Shown: positions 47,028 to 56,546, counted from the first letter of the stretch. The stretch is 64,000 nucleotides of DNA from Dehalococcoidia bacterium (GCA_034428715.1 DAOUHE010000022.1:15290-79289), one strand, 5' to 3'. The notes: generated from the sequence alone by a model not told the origin. Numbers and translations are program-made.

Positions 47028-47134
47028 GCGCCAAGGGTAAGCGCCAAGGGTAAGAGCCAAGGGTAAGCGCCAATGGTAAGCGCCAAGAATAAGCGTCAAG
47101 GATAAGCGTCAAGGGTAAGCGCCAAGGGTAAGAG
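47018..47134 (+). repeat. 13-bp tandem repeat, 9 copies (consensus CCAAGGGTAAGCG)
   Basis: Read directly from the sequence: nine head-to-tail units with 0-3 substitutions each. The first unit contains the acyl-CoA dehydrogenase stop codon. The array ends 9 nt before the sigma-factor GTG. Confidence 0.9.
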
Positions 47135-47143
47135 TCTAGACAG

Positions 47144-47770
47144 GTGAAACATCCCGAGACAACCATCACCCATGATCCCCTGCTGGTCCAGGACCGGAGC
47201 GGCCAGACCAGTTGCTTCAACTGCATAATCGAGACGTGCCAGACCCAGGCATATAATCTGGCCCGCCGGATCCTGGACGATTGGTCCCTGGCGGAAGATG
47301 CTATGCAGGAAGCCCTGGTGTCGGCCTACCGCGCCTTTCCACGGTTCCGGGGCGACAACCTGGCCGCGTGGTTGATGCGCATCGTGGCCAACCGGTGCCG
47401 CGACATGCTGCGCTCCCAAAGGGCCCGCCCAACACTGCCTCTGGACCCCGTGGCTAGCGATTCCGATGACCCGGATTCAATCCCATCGGCACTAAACATA
47501 CCGTCTGCCGATGAGTCACCCGAAGACCACGCCGAAAGGGGCGACCTTAACCGGGCGATCCAAGCGGGATTGAACACGCTTCCCCAGGAACAACGGCTGG
47601 CGGTGCTTTTGGTAGACGTTCAGGGGTTTAGTTACGAGGAAGCTAGTTTATCCATGGATTGTTCCCTGGGTACGGTGAAATCAAGGGTAAGCCGGGGCCG
47701 AAGCGGCCTAAGAGACTATCTTCGCCAGCAAGGGGAACTTCTGCCCTCCCAGTTCCGTCAAGGGGATTAG
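47144..47770 (+). CDS. ECF-type RNA polymerase sigma-70 family factor
   Basis: 208 aa with a GTG start. Region 2 (AWLMRIVANRCRDMLR) and region 4 HTH (QRLAVLLVDVQGFSYEEASLSMDCSLGTVKSRVSRGR). Confidence 0.8.
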   Translation: MKHPETTITHDPLLVQDRSGQTSCFNCIIETCQTQAYNLARRILDDWSLAEDAMQEALVSAYRAFPRFRGDNLAAWLMRIVANRCRDMLRSQRARPTLPLDPVASDSDDPDSIPSALNIPSADESPEDHAERGDLNRAIQAGLNTLPQEQRLAVLLVDVQGFSYEEASLSMDCSLGTVKSRVSRGRSGLRDYLRQQGELLPSQFRQGD

Positions 47771-47774
47771 AGGC

Positions 47775-48923
47775 ATGGGAATATTCGGATTGGGACATAG
47801 GCACATCTCGCCGGAGACTTTCACCGGGTACCTGGACGGCCGGTTGCGGCCCCAGACCAGAGAAAGGTTAGATAGGGTCATGGCCGGTTGCTCCGATTGC
47901 CGCCTGGAGATGGAGAGTCTCCGGGATACGGTAGCCATGCTGCGCCAACTGCCCGTGATAACTCCCCGGCGCAGTTTCGTCATGTCCGGTGCGCCGCAAC
48001 CGGTACCCCAAATGATCCAACAAGCGCGGCCCATCTCCCCATTCCGGGTACCCCAATGGGCTTACGCCGGCGCCGCTTCCCTGGCCGCCTTGGCCCTGGC
48101 CGTGCTGGTTTCCGTGGATGCTTCTGGTCTGGTGTCCCCAGACCTACCGAACACCGCGATCTCGAGGCAATCAGAAAAAATCCCCACCACGGCCGAATCC
48201 GAAGCCTTGACCCCGGAGACCGCCGGCGCAAAGGACAGCACCCAGGGTGAAACGCCTCGTCAACCCGCCGAGGCCCTGTCTATTCAGGTCGAGTCGGAAA
48301 CAATCGTGGAAGCCCCGGCTACAGCCGAACCGCAGGCCCAAGCGGCCGCCGTGGCTGAGATGCAAGCCCAGGTACCCCAGGCGGCTGAGCCACAAGCCGA
48401 AGCTCCCGCCGTGACTGAGTTGAGGGCCCAAGCACCCCGGCCAACAGAATTACAAGGCGCAGCTCCGGCCGCGGCTGAGATGCAAGCCCAGGCACCCCAG
48501 GCAGCCGTGTTGCAAGCGGAGGCAGCTACCCAAAAGACCCTGGAATCCCAGGCGGATCAGTCTAAAGTGGATCAGTCTCAAAAGGTGGAGGAACCGGCGG
48601 TTACATCCGTCCTGCGGAAACAATCCGGGCGGCCAACTACGCCAGAAACCACCCCCGTTCAACTGGAGCAAGCATCGGACGCCCAGCCGGAGCCGGCGGA
48701 AGTCTTGCCGTTGCCCACGGTGGTGTCAGATGGGGCAACGTCAGAGCCAGCCCAGGTCCAAAACCAGGCCCAAACAACACCCATCACGGCCGACGAACAG
48801 GCAGGCCCCGTATCTCCGGGAACTCCGTTAGTATGGCGGGTGTTAGAAGGGGTGGCGGCGGTGTCGTTCCTGATATTGGCGTCGGTGTTCTTTTTGACGC
48901 GCCGTGCTGCCCGCCGTTTCTGA
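47775..48923 (+). CDS. anti-sigma factor (zf-HC2) with repeat-rich extracytoplasmic region
   Basis: Starts 4 nt after the sigma stop. N-terminal H..x..C-x2-C motif (HISPE...GCSDC), a TM helix near residue 100, A/Q/P/E-rich repeats, and a second hydrophobic helix at the C-terminus. Confidence 0.65.
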   Translation: MGIFGLGHRHISPETFTGYLDGRLRPQTRERLDRVMAGCSDCRLEMESLRDTVAMLRQLPVITPRRSFVMSGAPQPVPQMIQQARPISPFRVPQWAYAGAASLAALALAVLVSVDASGLVSPDLPNTAISRQSEKIPTTAESEALTPETAGAKDSTQGETPRQPAEALSIQVESETIVEAPATAEPQAQAAAVAEMQAQVPQAAEPQAEAPAVTELRAQAPRPTELQGAAPAAAEMQAQAPQAAVLQAEAATQKTLESQADQSKVDQSQKVEEPAVTSVLRKQSGRPTTPETTPVQLEQASDAQPEPAEVLPLPTVVSDGATSEPAQVQNQAQTTPITADEQAGPVSPGTPLVWRVLEGVAAVSFLILASVFFLTRRAARRF

Positions 48924-49204
48924 CCGCTGCATCGGCGGCCACAACGGCGACGGGACTCCGACGACATCTGGCCCACCTAAATCCTCAGCCAAAATTCGGA
49001 CCTTAATGAACCGCCCGCGTGTCCTGTTCACTAATTTTCCACACCCGCTGCCGGGCTTAGTCGGGTTCAAATACCCCTAAGGAACTTTTCCGGCAAACGT
49101 TCCGTCTTTATAACAGACAACGGGTCGAACAACTGAAAATATCCAGATGACGGCAGATATGCCCACCATACCCATAGGACCCCGCGAAAGGACAGGAGAA
49201 TGAA

Positions 49205-50257
49205 ATGACCAGGAAGATCACCCAAGGAAGAGGAATATTCGCCCTAATGGCACTGGCTATTGGAATGCTATTTCTGCTGGCCTGTACCAGCCAGCCCGCT
49301 CCCGCCGGCGGCGAAGCCCAACCGTCGGCAAACCAAAATAGAATAGGGGCGGAGTTAGTTAGCTTATTGTCCGAACAGAGTGCTCCGGGGTTACGGGCCG
49401 GTTACTCCGGAACTCAGAATGGAAACACCGGGGTTTGGGTCAGCGGAACCGGCGAGGCCACCGCCAAACCGGACCTTGCCATTCTGAACATGGGCGTGGA
49501 AGCTATGGCCAAAACCGTCAGCGAATCCCGCTCCCAAGCCGCCGAAGCCATGGCGGCAACCATCGCCGATCTGCAAGAGGAAGGCGTGGCCTTGGACGAC
49601 ATTCAAACCAGGACCTTCAACATTTCCCCCCGGTACACCCGGCACGAGGTTACCAGGTGCCCATCTAAAACACAGGACACATCTACCTCAAGCCAGCGCG
49701 TCCTCACAGAAGGTACAGTTGGGTCTACCCGGCATGCCCTCCCATTAGACGAAGCCAGAGTGGCCGTAGCTCCCCTGCCTGGAGGACCGGTGATAGAATC
49801 GTTCCCTTCCAGGCAAAACTGCTACAAGGAATTCGAACAGGTTTTGCTGGGATTCCAGGTCACCAACCAGTTGACCGTAAAGGTCCGCGACCTGGATAAC
49901 GTGGGACAGATCATTGACCGGACCACCGACGCCGGCGGAGACCTGACCAGGTTCCAAAACGTCAGCTTCACCTTTGAGGACTCCAAGGGACTGGAAGATC
50001 AAGCCAGGGAATCGGCGGTGAAGGACATGATGGCCAAGGCCGAGCAGGTGGCATCAGTGGCCGGCGTGGAATTGGGCATGTTGGTATACGTCACCGAGAC
50101 GGGACGTCCGGCGCCCGTCTCGTTTGACACCTCCCGGATGATGATAGCCAAGGCCGAGTCGGTCCCCACCACCATCCTAAGCGGGGAAATGAAGGTTTCG
50201 ATCACCGTACAGGGCGTATTTGAGATAGCGGGGGTTCAGACAATGATCATAAGTTAG
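49205..50257 (+). CDS. SIMPL (DUF541) domain lipoprotein
   Basis: 350 aa with lipobox LLAC-T. SIMPL-like segments (GEATAKPDLAILNMGVEA, TRTFNISPRY, C-terminal VSITVQGVFEI). Longer than typical family members. Confidence 0.65.
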   Translation: MTRKITQGRGIFALMALAIGMLFLLACTSQPAPAGGEAQPSANQNRIGAELVSLLSEQSAPGLRAGYSGTQNGNTGVWVSGTGEATAKPDLAILNMGVEAMAKTVSESRSQAAEAMAATIADLQEEGVALDDIQTRTFNISPRYTRHEVTRCPSKTQDTSTSSQRVLTEGTVGSTRHALPLDEARVAVAPLPGGPVIESFPSRQNCYKEFEQVLLGFQVTNQLTVKVRDLDNVGQIIDRTTDAGGDLTRFQNVSFTFEDSKGLEDQARESAVKDMMAKAEQVASVAGVELGMLVYVTETGRPAPVSFDTSRMMIAKAESVPTTILSGEMKVSITVQGVFEIAGVQTMIIS

Positions 50258-50339
50258 ACCTTGCGCGGAAGATATCTGGAAACGGCGGGGATCGTCTAGA
50301 TGGAGGCCAACCGGCCAAACCTGGAAACGCCTCCCAGAA

Positions 50340-50380
50340 CCCCCGGCCTCTCATTGCGAGGCGCCGGGGGTTTGTCTTTT
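50340..50380 (+). terminator. intrinsic terminator
   Basis: CCCCCGGCCTC-tcattgc-GAGGCGCCGGGGG (2-nt bulge) followed by TTTGTCTTTT, downstream of the SIMPL gene. Confidence 0.7.
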
Positions 50381-50413
50381 ATTTACCCGATCTAGAGATC
50401 TCCTGCCGGGGAT

Positions 50414-50422
50414 TGGTAGAAT
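50414..50422 (+). promoter_or_regulatory. putative extended -10 element (TGgTAGAAT) upstream of ribD
   Basis: ATTGGTAGAAT lies about 140 nt upstream of the ribD ATG. No convincing -35. Confidence 0.35.
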
Positions 50423-50561
50423 TTTTCTAAGTCGGCCTCAAACTGGGTAGTTTCGAAGTGTATCCTCTAAGCGAATATCTTTGTAAGATAAAAACACTGA
50501 TTTGCCCGAACAGGCTGGTCTGGGTCTATGGCCAGTCCCGATCTTCTTAGGGTAGGCCCGA

Positions 50562-51689
50562 ATGAATATACCGCCAATGGTCCGGGCCATCGAATTGGCC
50601 CGCCAGGCCCAGGGGTCCACTAGCCCAAACCCATCGGTGGGGGCAGTGGTGGTCAAAGATGGTGTCGTATTGGGCGAGGGCTTCACCATGCCGCCGGGGG
50701 GAAACCACGCCGAGATCGGGGCCTTGCGCCAGGCCGGAGACGCATCCCAAGGCGCAGACCTTTACACCACCCTGGAGCCCTGTTGCACCCAGGGCCGCAC
50801 ACCTCCGTGCACCCGGGCAATCTTCGCCGCGGGTATACGCCGGGTCTATGTGGCGGCCATCGACCCGAATCCTCAGGTGTCAGGAGGAGGGATCGCCGAA
50901 TTGCGTACCAGGGGCATCCAGGTGGAAACATCCCATGGGGAAGACGCAGCCGAGGCCGCCGAGCTTTACGAAGCCTTCGCCAAACACATCACCACCGGCT
51001 TACCTTTCGTGACCGCCAAATTCGCCATGAGCCTGGACGGCAAGATCGCCACCCACACCGGAGACTCCAAATGGGTGACGGGGACCGAAGCCCGGGGCCT
51101 GGTGCAGCAGATGCGCAAGGAAGCCGACGCGATCATGGTAGGCATCAACACTGTCCTGGCCGACGACCCCCAATTAACCGCCAGGGATTCTTCTGGGTGT
51201 CCTCTCAACCGCCAGCCGGTGCGCGTGGTGCTTGACACCAATTGCCGCATGCCATCCAACGCACGCATGCTGGCGGAACCGGGCCAAACCATCATCGCCG
51301 TTTCTTCCGCAACAACAACCACCAAGACCTCACGGCTAGAGGGAGCTGGAGCCGAGATCGTGGCCTGCGCCACGGGGCCGGACGACAGGGTCGACCCTTC
51401 GGAGTTGCTGGCTGAACTTGGCCGCCGGAGAATCGTGAACCTCCTGGTGGAAGGCGGGGGCACGGTGTTAGGATCGCTGTTTGACGCCCATCAAGTCGAT
51501 AAAGTGTACGCGTTTATCGCGCCGGTCATCATAGGCGGAAGCCAAGCCGCGTCGCCGGTGGAAGGCCAGGGAAGCTCAGTAATGTCCCAGGCCTGGCGCT
51601 TGGAACGAGTCCGGATGCGCCCGGTGGGAGACGATTGGTTGGTAACCGGGTATCCTAAAGTAGATGACGCCCAGGACGGCTTAGCGTAA
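50562..51689 (+). CDS. ribD: bifunctional diaminohydroxyphosphoribosylaminopyrimidine deaminase / 5-amino-6-(5-phosphoribosylamino)uracil reductase
   Basis: 375 aa. Deaminase zinc motifs HAEIGAL and TLEPCC..PPC, plus a C-terminal reductase domain. Confidence 0.9.
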   Translation: MNIPPMVRAIELARQAQGSTSPNPSVGAVVVKDGVVLGEGFTMPPGGNHAEIGALRQAGDASQGADLYTTLEPCCTQGRTPPCTRAIFAAGIRRVYVAAIDPNPQVSGGGIAELRTRGIQVETSHGEDAAEAAELYEAFAKHITTGLPFVTAKFAMSLDGKIATHTGDSKWVTGTEARGLVQQMRKEADAIMVGINTVLADDPQLTARDSSGCPLNRQPVRVVLDTNCRMPSNARMLAEPGQTIIAVSSATTTTKTSRLEGAGAEIVACATGPDDRVDPSELLAELGRRRIVNLLVEGGGTVLGSLFDAHQVDKVYAFIAPVIIGGSQAASPVEGQGSSVMSQAWRLERVRMRPVGDDWLVTGYPKVDDAQDGLA

Positions 51690-51698
51690 GGAGCTGAT

Positions 51699-52274
51699 TT
51701 GTTTACCGGGATTGTAGAGGAAACTGGGTCTGTCGACCTGCTAGAACCACGCCGCTTGACGGTGAATGCCGAAAAAGTGCTGGATGGCCTCAAGCTAGGT
51801 GACAGCATCTCAATCAACGGCACGTGTCTGACCGTGGTGGAGCTGGGTCCCCGGTCATTCTCAGTCGATTTGTCGCCGGAAACGCTGCGGCGAACCTCGT
51901 TAGGTTTCTTGGCGGAGGGTGGTGTCGTCAACCTGGAACGGGCCGTGGCGGTAGGAGACAGGATGGGCGGGCACATCGTTCAAGGTCACGTCGACGGAAC
52001 CGGCCGCATCACCTCACTCAGGCCCGAAGAAGATTGCGTGATCATTCGGGTCAGAGCGCCAAAAAGGCTGATGCCATACATTGTCGAGAAGGGTTTCGTA
52101 GCCGTTGACGGCATCAGTCTGACCGTGGTAAAAAGAAGTGCTTCATCGTTCACACTCTCTGTGATACCATTCACTCAACAGTATACGAATCTGAGGGTGA
52201 AGGCGGTGGGGGACAGGGTGAATCTGGAGGCGGACATCGTTGCCAAGTACGTCGAAAGCCTCTTATCTCGTTGA
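51699..52274 (+). CDS. ribE: riboflavin synthase (alpha chain)
   Basis: 191 aa. TTG start after AAGGAG. Canonical MFTGIVEETG N-terminus and an internally duplicated barrel. Confidence 0.9.
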   Translation: MFTGIVEETGSVDLLEPRRLTVNAEKVLDGLKLGDSISINGTCLTVVELGPRSFSVDLSPETLRRTSLGFLAEGGVVNLERAVAVGDRMGGHIVQGHVDGTGRITSLRPEEDCVIIRVRAPKRLMPYIVEKGFVAVDGISLTVVKRSASSFTLSVIPFTQQYTNLRVKAVGDRVNLEADIVAKYVESLLSR

Positions 52275-52316
52275 TTTATTTACCTGGGCACGTCGGGTCT
52301 AAAGAAGGACGATAAT

Positions 52317-53522
52317 ATGCCCCTTTGCAGCCTGGAAGAAGCACTAGCGGAAATGCGAGCTGGCAAGCTTCTGATCGTCGTTGATGATGAAAACCGCGAG
52401 AACGAAGGCGATCTCGTCATGCCAGCCGAATTTGTCACTCCAGAAGCCGTCAATTTCATCGTGACCCATGCCCGAGGACTCGTGTGCATGCCCATGCTGG
52501 GCGAGAGGTTAGACGAGTTGGACATGCCGCTGATGATCAGGCAGAACGGCTCCAACAAAGAGCAGACCGCATTCACTGTGTCGGTGGATTATAAAAAGGG
52601 CACCACCACCGGTATCTCAGCCTACGACCGCGCCGCCACCATAAGATCATTGCTGGACCCGGGCACTCGCGCTGACGAATTCACTAGGCCGGGCCATCTT
52701 TTCCCTCTGCGCTACCATCCGGGCGGGGTGCTGGCCCGAGCCGGCCACACCGAAGCCATCGTAGACCTCTGCAACATGATGGGCATGTATCCGGCCGGCA
52801 TCGTTTGCGAGATCTTGAACGAAGACGGCACCATGGCCCGCATGGACTCCTTGGAAGTGTTCGGCAAGAAACACGGCTTGAAAATCCTCAGTATCGCCCA
52901 AATAATCGCCCACCGGCGGCGCAACGAAAAGCTGGTGGAACGGGTAGCCGAGGCCCGGCTGCCCACCAAGTACGGCGAGTTCAAAGCCATTGCCTATCGC
53001 AGCGCGGTGGACCCCGGTGAGCACATAGCGTTGACCATCGGCGAATGGACCAAAGACGCGCCGGTCATGGTGCGCATCCACAGCGAATGCCTCACCGGAG
53101 ACGTGTTTGGGAGCATTCGTTGCGATTGCGGCGAGCAGATAGAATTGGCCCTTAACATCCTGGCTAAAGTGGGGCACGGCGTTTTCCTGTACATGCGGCA
53201 AGAGGGCCGGGGCATCGGCCTGCATAACAAGATCAAGGCCTACTCGCTACAAGACAAGGGCCTTGATACGGTGGACGCCAACCAGTCGCTGGGGTTTGAA
53301 CCGGATATGCGCCACTACGGTATCGGCGCCCAAATACTGCAAGACCTGGGCGTCAAGCAACTCCGCCTTCTTACCAACAACCCCCGCAAACTTGTTGGCT
53401 TGGCAGGATTCGACTTGGAGATCGTGGAGCGGGTGCCCGTGGAGGCGTCGGTCAACGATGAGAACCGGGAATACCTGCGGACCAAGAAGGCCAGAATGGG
53501 CCACATTCTGGGTAACTGCTAG
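52317..53522 (+). CDS. ribBA: bifunctional 3,4-dihydroxy-2-butanone-4-phosphate synthase / GTP cyclohydrolase II
   Basis: 401 aa. DHBP-synthase half (DDENRENEGDLV) and GCH-II half (HSECLTGDVFGSIRCDCG). Confidence 0.9.
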   Translation: MPLCSLEEALAEMRAGKLLIVVDDENRENEGDLVMPAEFVTPEAVNFIVTHARGLVCMPMLGERLDELDMPLMIRQNGSNKEQTAFTVSVDYKKGTTTGISAYDRAATIRSLLDPGTRADEFTRPGHLFPLRYHPGGVLARAGHTEAIVDLCNMMGMYPAGIVCEILNEDGTMARMDSLEVFGKKHGLKILSIAQIIAHRRRNEKLVERVAEARLPTKYGEFKAIAYRSAVDPGEHIALTIGEWTKDAPVMVRIHSECLTGDVFGSIRCDCGEQIELALNILAKVGHGVFLYMRQEGRGIGLHNKIKAYSLQDKGLDTVDANQSLGFEPDMRHYGIGAQILQDLGVKQLRLLTNNPRKLVGLAGFDLEIVERVPVEASVNDENREYLRTKKARMGHILGNC

Positions 53523-53570
53523 GGTAGCGGCTGCCGACGAAACTCAGCGGTTAACACTCAGGGTAGATTA

Positions 53571-53600
53571 GGGCGTGTCAAAGACACGCCCTTACTTTTT
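53571..53600 (+). terminator. intrinsic terminator after ribBA
   Basis: GGGCGTGTC-aaa-GACACGCCC followed by TTACTTTTT. Confidence 0.75.
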
Positions 53601-53633
53601 GCCCGGAAAGCAAAGGCGCACGCCCCTGCGGCC

Positions 53634-54738
53634 TTACTCGTTCCCCACCCTGGACAGCAGATACGCCGCGATGAAACCATTGAGGTTTCCCGCCAACACC
53701 GAGTCGGGATTGGTGCTCTGAAAGTTGGTCCGGTGGTCCTTGACCGATTTGTACGGGTGCAAAACGTAACTGCGAATCTGGTTGCCCCACTCTGGGGTGG
53801 GCCGCTCCCCCCGGATCTTCGCCAACTCTTTCGCCTTTTCTTCGTTCTGGCGAGCCAACAGTTTCGCCATCAGGATCTTCATGGCGAACTCCCGGTTTTG
53901 GTGCTGGGAGCGCTCGTTCTGGCAGTTGATGACGATGCCCGTGGGCAGGTGTGTCAGGCGTACCGCCGAAGCCACTTTTTGCACGTTCTGGCCGCCGGGC
54001 CCGCTGGACCGGAAAAAATCCATTTTAAGGTCTTCGGGCCTGACCGTTATATCCGCGTCGTCCGCATCCGCTTCCGGCAGGACCTCCACCACCGCGAAAG
54101 AGGTGTGACGCAGGTGGTCGGGGTCGAAGGGCGACAAGCGGACCAGCCGGTGGACCCCGCCCTCGGAACCCATGTGGCCGTACGCTTTCTGGCCGCCTAT
54201 CTCTATGGTTCCAGACCTAAGACCCGCTTCCTCACCATATGACATGTCCATGACCTGCACCGGCCGCTTCTCCGCCTCGGCCCATTTCACGTACATCTTC
54301 ATCAGCATCTCTGCCCAGTCATGGGAGTCGGTGCCGCCCACGCCGGCATGGATGGAGACGATGGCGTTTCGGTCATCGTACGTTCCGGAAAGGGTCAGGT
54401 TGACCTCTTCCTTGGCCAGGGTCTCGGCGATCTGCGCGGTCTCATCTTCGATCTGCCCTTGAAGGGAAAAGTCCCCTTCCTCGAGGGCCAGTTCGACGAG
54501 TTCCAGAAGAGAGGTGGCGCTGGACTGAAGGTCTTTCCAGAGCACCACAGTCTCCTTGGCGCGCGTCAACTGCCTCATCTTGGCCTGTGCTTGGCGGGAA
54601 TCGGTCCAAAATTCGGGCTCGGCCGCCTCTTTTTCCAAGGCCGTTATCGTAGCTTCTTGTTTAGGGAGGTCAAAGACGTTGGACCACTGATTCGATCTTT
54701 TGACACAATGCAGTTAGCGTTTGTTTCAGTTCCTCCAT
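53634..54738 (-). CDS. prfB: peptide chain release factor 2 (programmed +1 frameshift)
   Basis: ATG at 54738 after GGGAGGAAGGG. After 22 codons comes CTT TGA C (TGA at 54670-54672). The +1 frame continues into the 334-aa body carrying the SPF and GGQ motifs. Confidence 0.9.
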
Positions 54739-55019
54739 GGTTATCCCTTCCTCCCATTGGTTAACGGGGATGCCGGTCCCAGGCTACCTGGGCAGCGAGT
54801 TCCCATTGGTTTAACGTCGTTACGAATCACTATTATATCAGGTGCGAGAGCAATTCCCGCAGCCGCGGTCACCGCCGGAATCCGGCGAAAATCCGGTGTT
54901 GCCAAAGGAATGATTAAATAACAAATACATGAATCGGGGCACGAATATTCAAGGCCCGTCATGCCGGCAGAGCCCGCGAATCAAACTCCAGCCGGTCAAA
55001 CCCCAGCCGGAACCATCTT

Positions 55020-56150
55020 TTAAACCGTCAGAGCGCAGTTCACCGAGTTGATGGGCGGGAGCTGGTCAACCAGCATCTCCCATTGGTTGCCGGAGTCCCT
55101 GCTGTAGAAAAGCTGGCCGGTGGTCGTTCCCAAATACACCCCGCACGGGTCCAAAGTATCGGTGCTCATGCCTTCGCGCAACGTGTGAAGATAGCTGTTT
55201 CCCTGGGGAAGGCCATTGGTCAGCGGTTCCCAATCCTGCCCGCCATTACGGCTGCGGAAAACCCTGAATCTGCCTTCTGAAACGTAACGCATCCCGCCCC
55301 CGATTTCCTCTCCCACCGCCTGGTCTTCGGGCAGCACGAACAAAGTATCAGGGTCCGTAGGGTGCAGCCCCAGCACGAAGCCAAAACGGGATGGAAGGTC
55401 CTGGGTGATGTCTTGCCAATCCTTACCCCCGTTTTCGCTTCGGAAAACGCCGCAATGGTTCTGTTGGTACAGCACATCGTTCCCGCCGGCGGCAGCCAGG
55501 ACTTTATGAGGACATTGCCCGAATTCCGGGAACCTTTCAGGCAGAAAGTCGGCTCTAACCCCGTTATTCAAGGTCTCCCATGTTTCGCCGGCGTCAGCGG
55601 TCCCGAAAACTCCTACCGCCGATATTCCCACCCACATCCGGCTGGGTTTCCCACCATCCACCACGATACTGTGCAGGCACAAGCCGCCCAAACCGGGCTG
55701 CCACTCGTCTCTCGTGGGGTGATTGCTCAAAGCCTTTACTTCCTACCAGGTATCTCCTTCATCGGTGCTTTTGAATAGCGCCGCCGGTTGCACCCCCGCG
55801 TAGAGAACGCCGGGTTCGGTGCTGCCCGCGGGCTCTATGTGCCAAATCCGCTCAACGGTTTCAGACCCGCCGCCGGAGAAACGGGGAGGTTGGCTGGCCG
55901 GCACCCACGTCTGCCCCATATCCGGGCTTATTTCCACATACGGCCCCCAGATCAAAGTGTTTACCGCCACGTAAACCTTGCCGGATCTTTCGCCGTCGTA
56001 GGTCATATGAAACACGTCATTACCGGCCTGAAAGGGTCCGGTGATGGCCCAGTCCTTTCAGTCCTGGTCGGCCGATAATATGAAGGCGCCTTTACGGGTG
56101 CCCACCAAGACTAAAACATCACCTTTCCGGGGAGATTGGCCGACGCGCAT
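55020..56150 (-). pseudogene. BNR/Asp-box beta-propeller protein gene with two in-frame stop codons
   Basis: One reading frame runs from the ATG at 56150 (GAAGGTGG SD) to 55020. It carries six S-x-D-x-G-x-x-W Asp-boxes but is interrupted by TGA (56058-56060) and TAG (55743-55745), with no frameshift. Confidence 0.6.
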
Positions 56151-56321
56151 TTTATAACCACCTTCGATTTAGATCGCCCGTGTATTTAACCCCACAGACC
56201 GCTGTGGTTGGGAGAATTTACCTTAGGTCAAGGCCACCGTCAACCGGCGGCCGCCATGCCAACGGTGGAGCAGATCCCCTGACCGGCCTCATGTTAGGAT
56301 GATAAGGGCTTTGCCCAGAAC

Positions 56322-56440
56322 TGTCATTCTGAGGAGCGCAGCGATCGAAGAATCTAAATTCGTGGATGTTGCGCCCCTGTTTGCGAGCCTAAGCTCATGA
56401 TTTTAGACCCCTCGTTGCACCCGAGGTGACATATTGTTGG
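56322..56440 (-). repeat. ~117-nt dispersed intergenic repeat, copy C (inverted)
   Basis: The reverse complement aligns with 16349-16465 along its full length. Lies in the divergent intergenic region between the BNR pseudogene and plsY. Confidence 0.8.
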
Positions 56441-56546
56441 GGCTTTTGAGGCAAGGCCGTTGATATTAGCATCCGGGGCGATGACATCAACCAATGTAAA
56501 TCGATAAGCCCCTGCCAGCCCCATTCGTCAAAGGGCCTTATAACCA

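Noticed and set aside
47018-47134. Tandem array considered as a possible CRISPR array
   Set aside because: Units are 13 bp and directly abutting with no spacers. There are no cas genes in the window.
50381-50561. Expected FMN (RFN) riboswitch upstream of ribD
   Set aside because: None of the conserved aptamer strings is present on either strand. Only vague resemblances were seen (GATTTG, AGTCCCGAT).
56058-56060. In-frame TGA of the BNR gene as a selenocysteine codon
   Set aside because: Only a 5-bp stem follows the codon. The position corresponds to a non-Cys (Arg-like) residue in the homologs I recall. A second in-frame stop (TAG) in the same gene favours a pseudogene.
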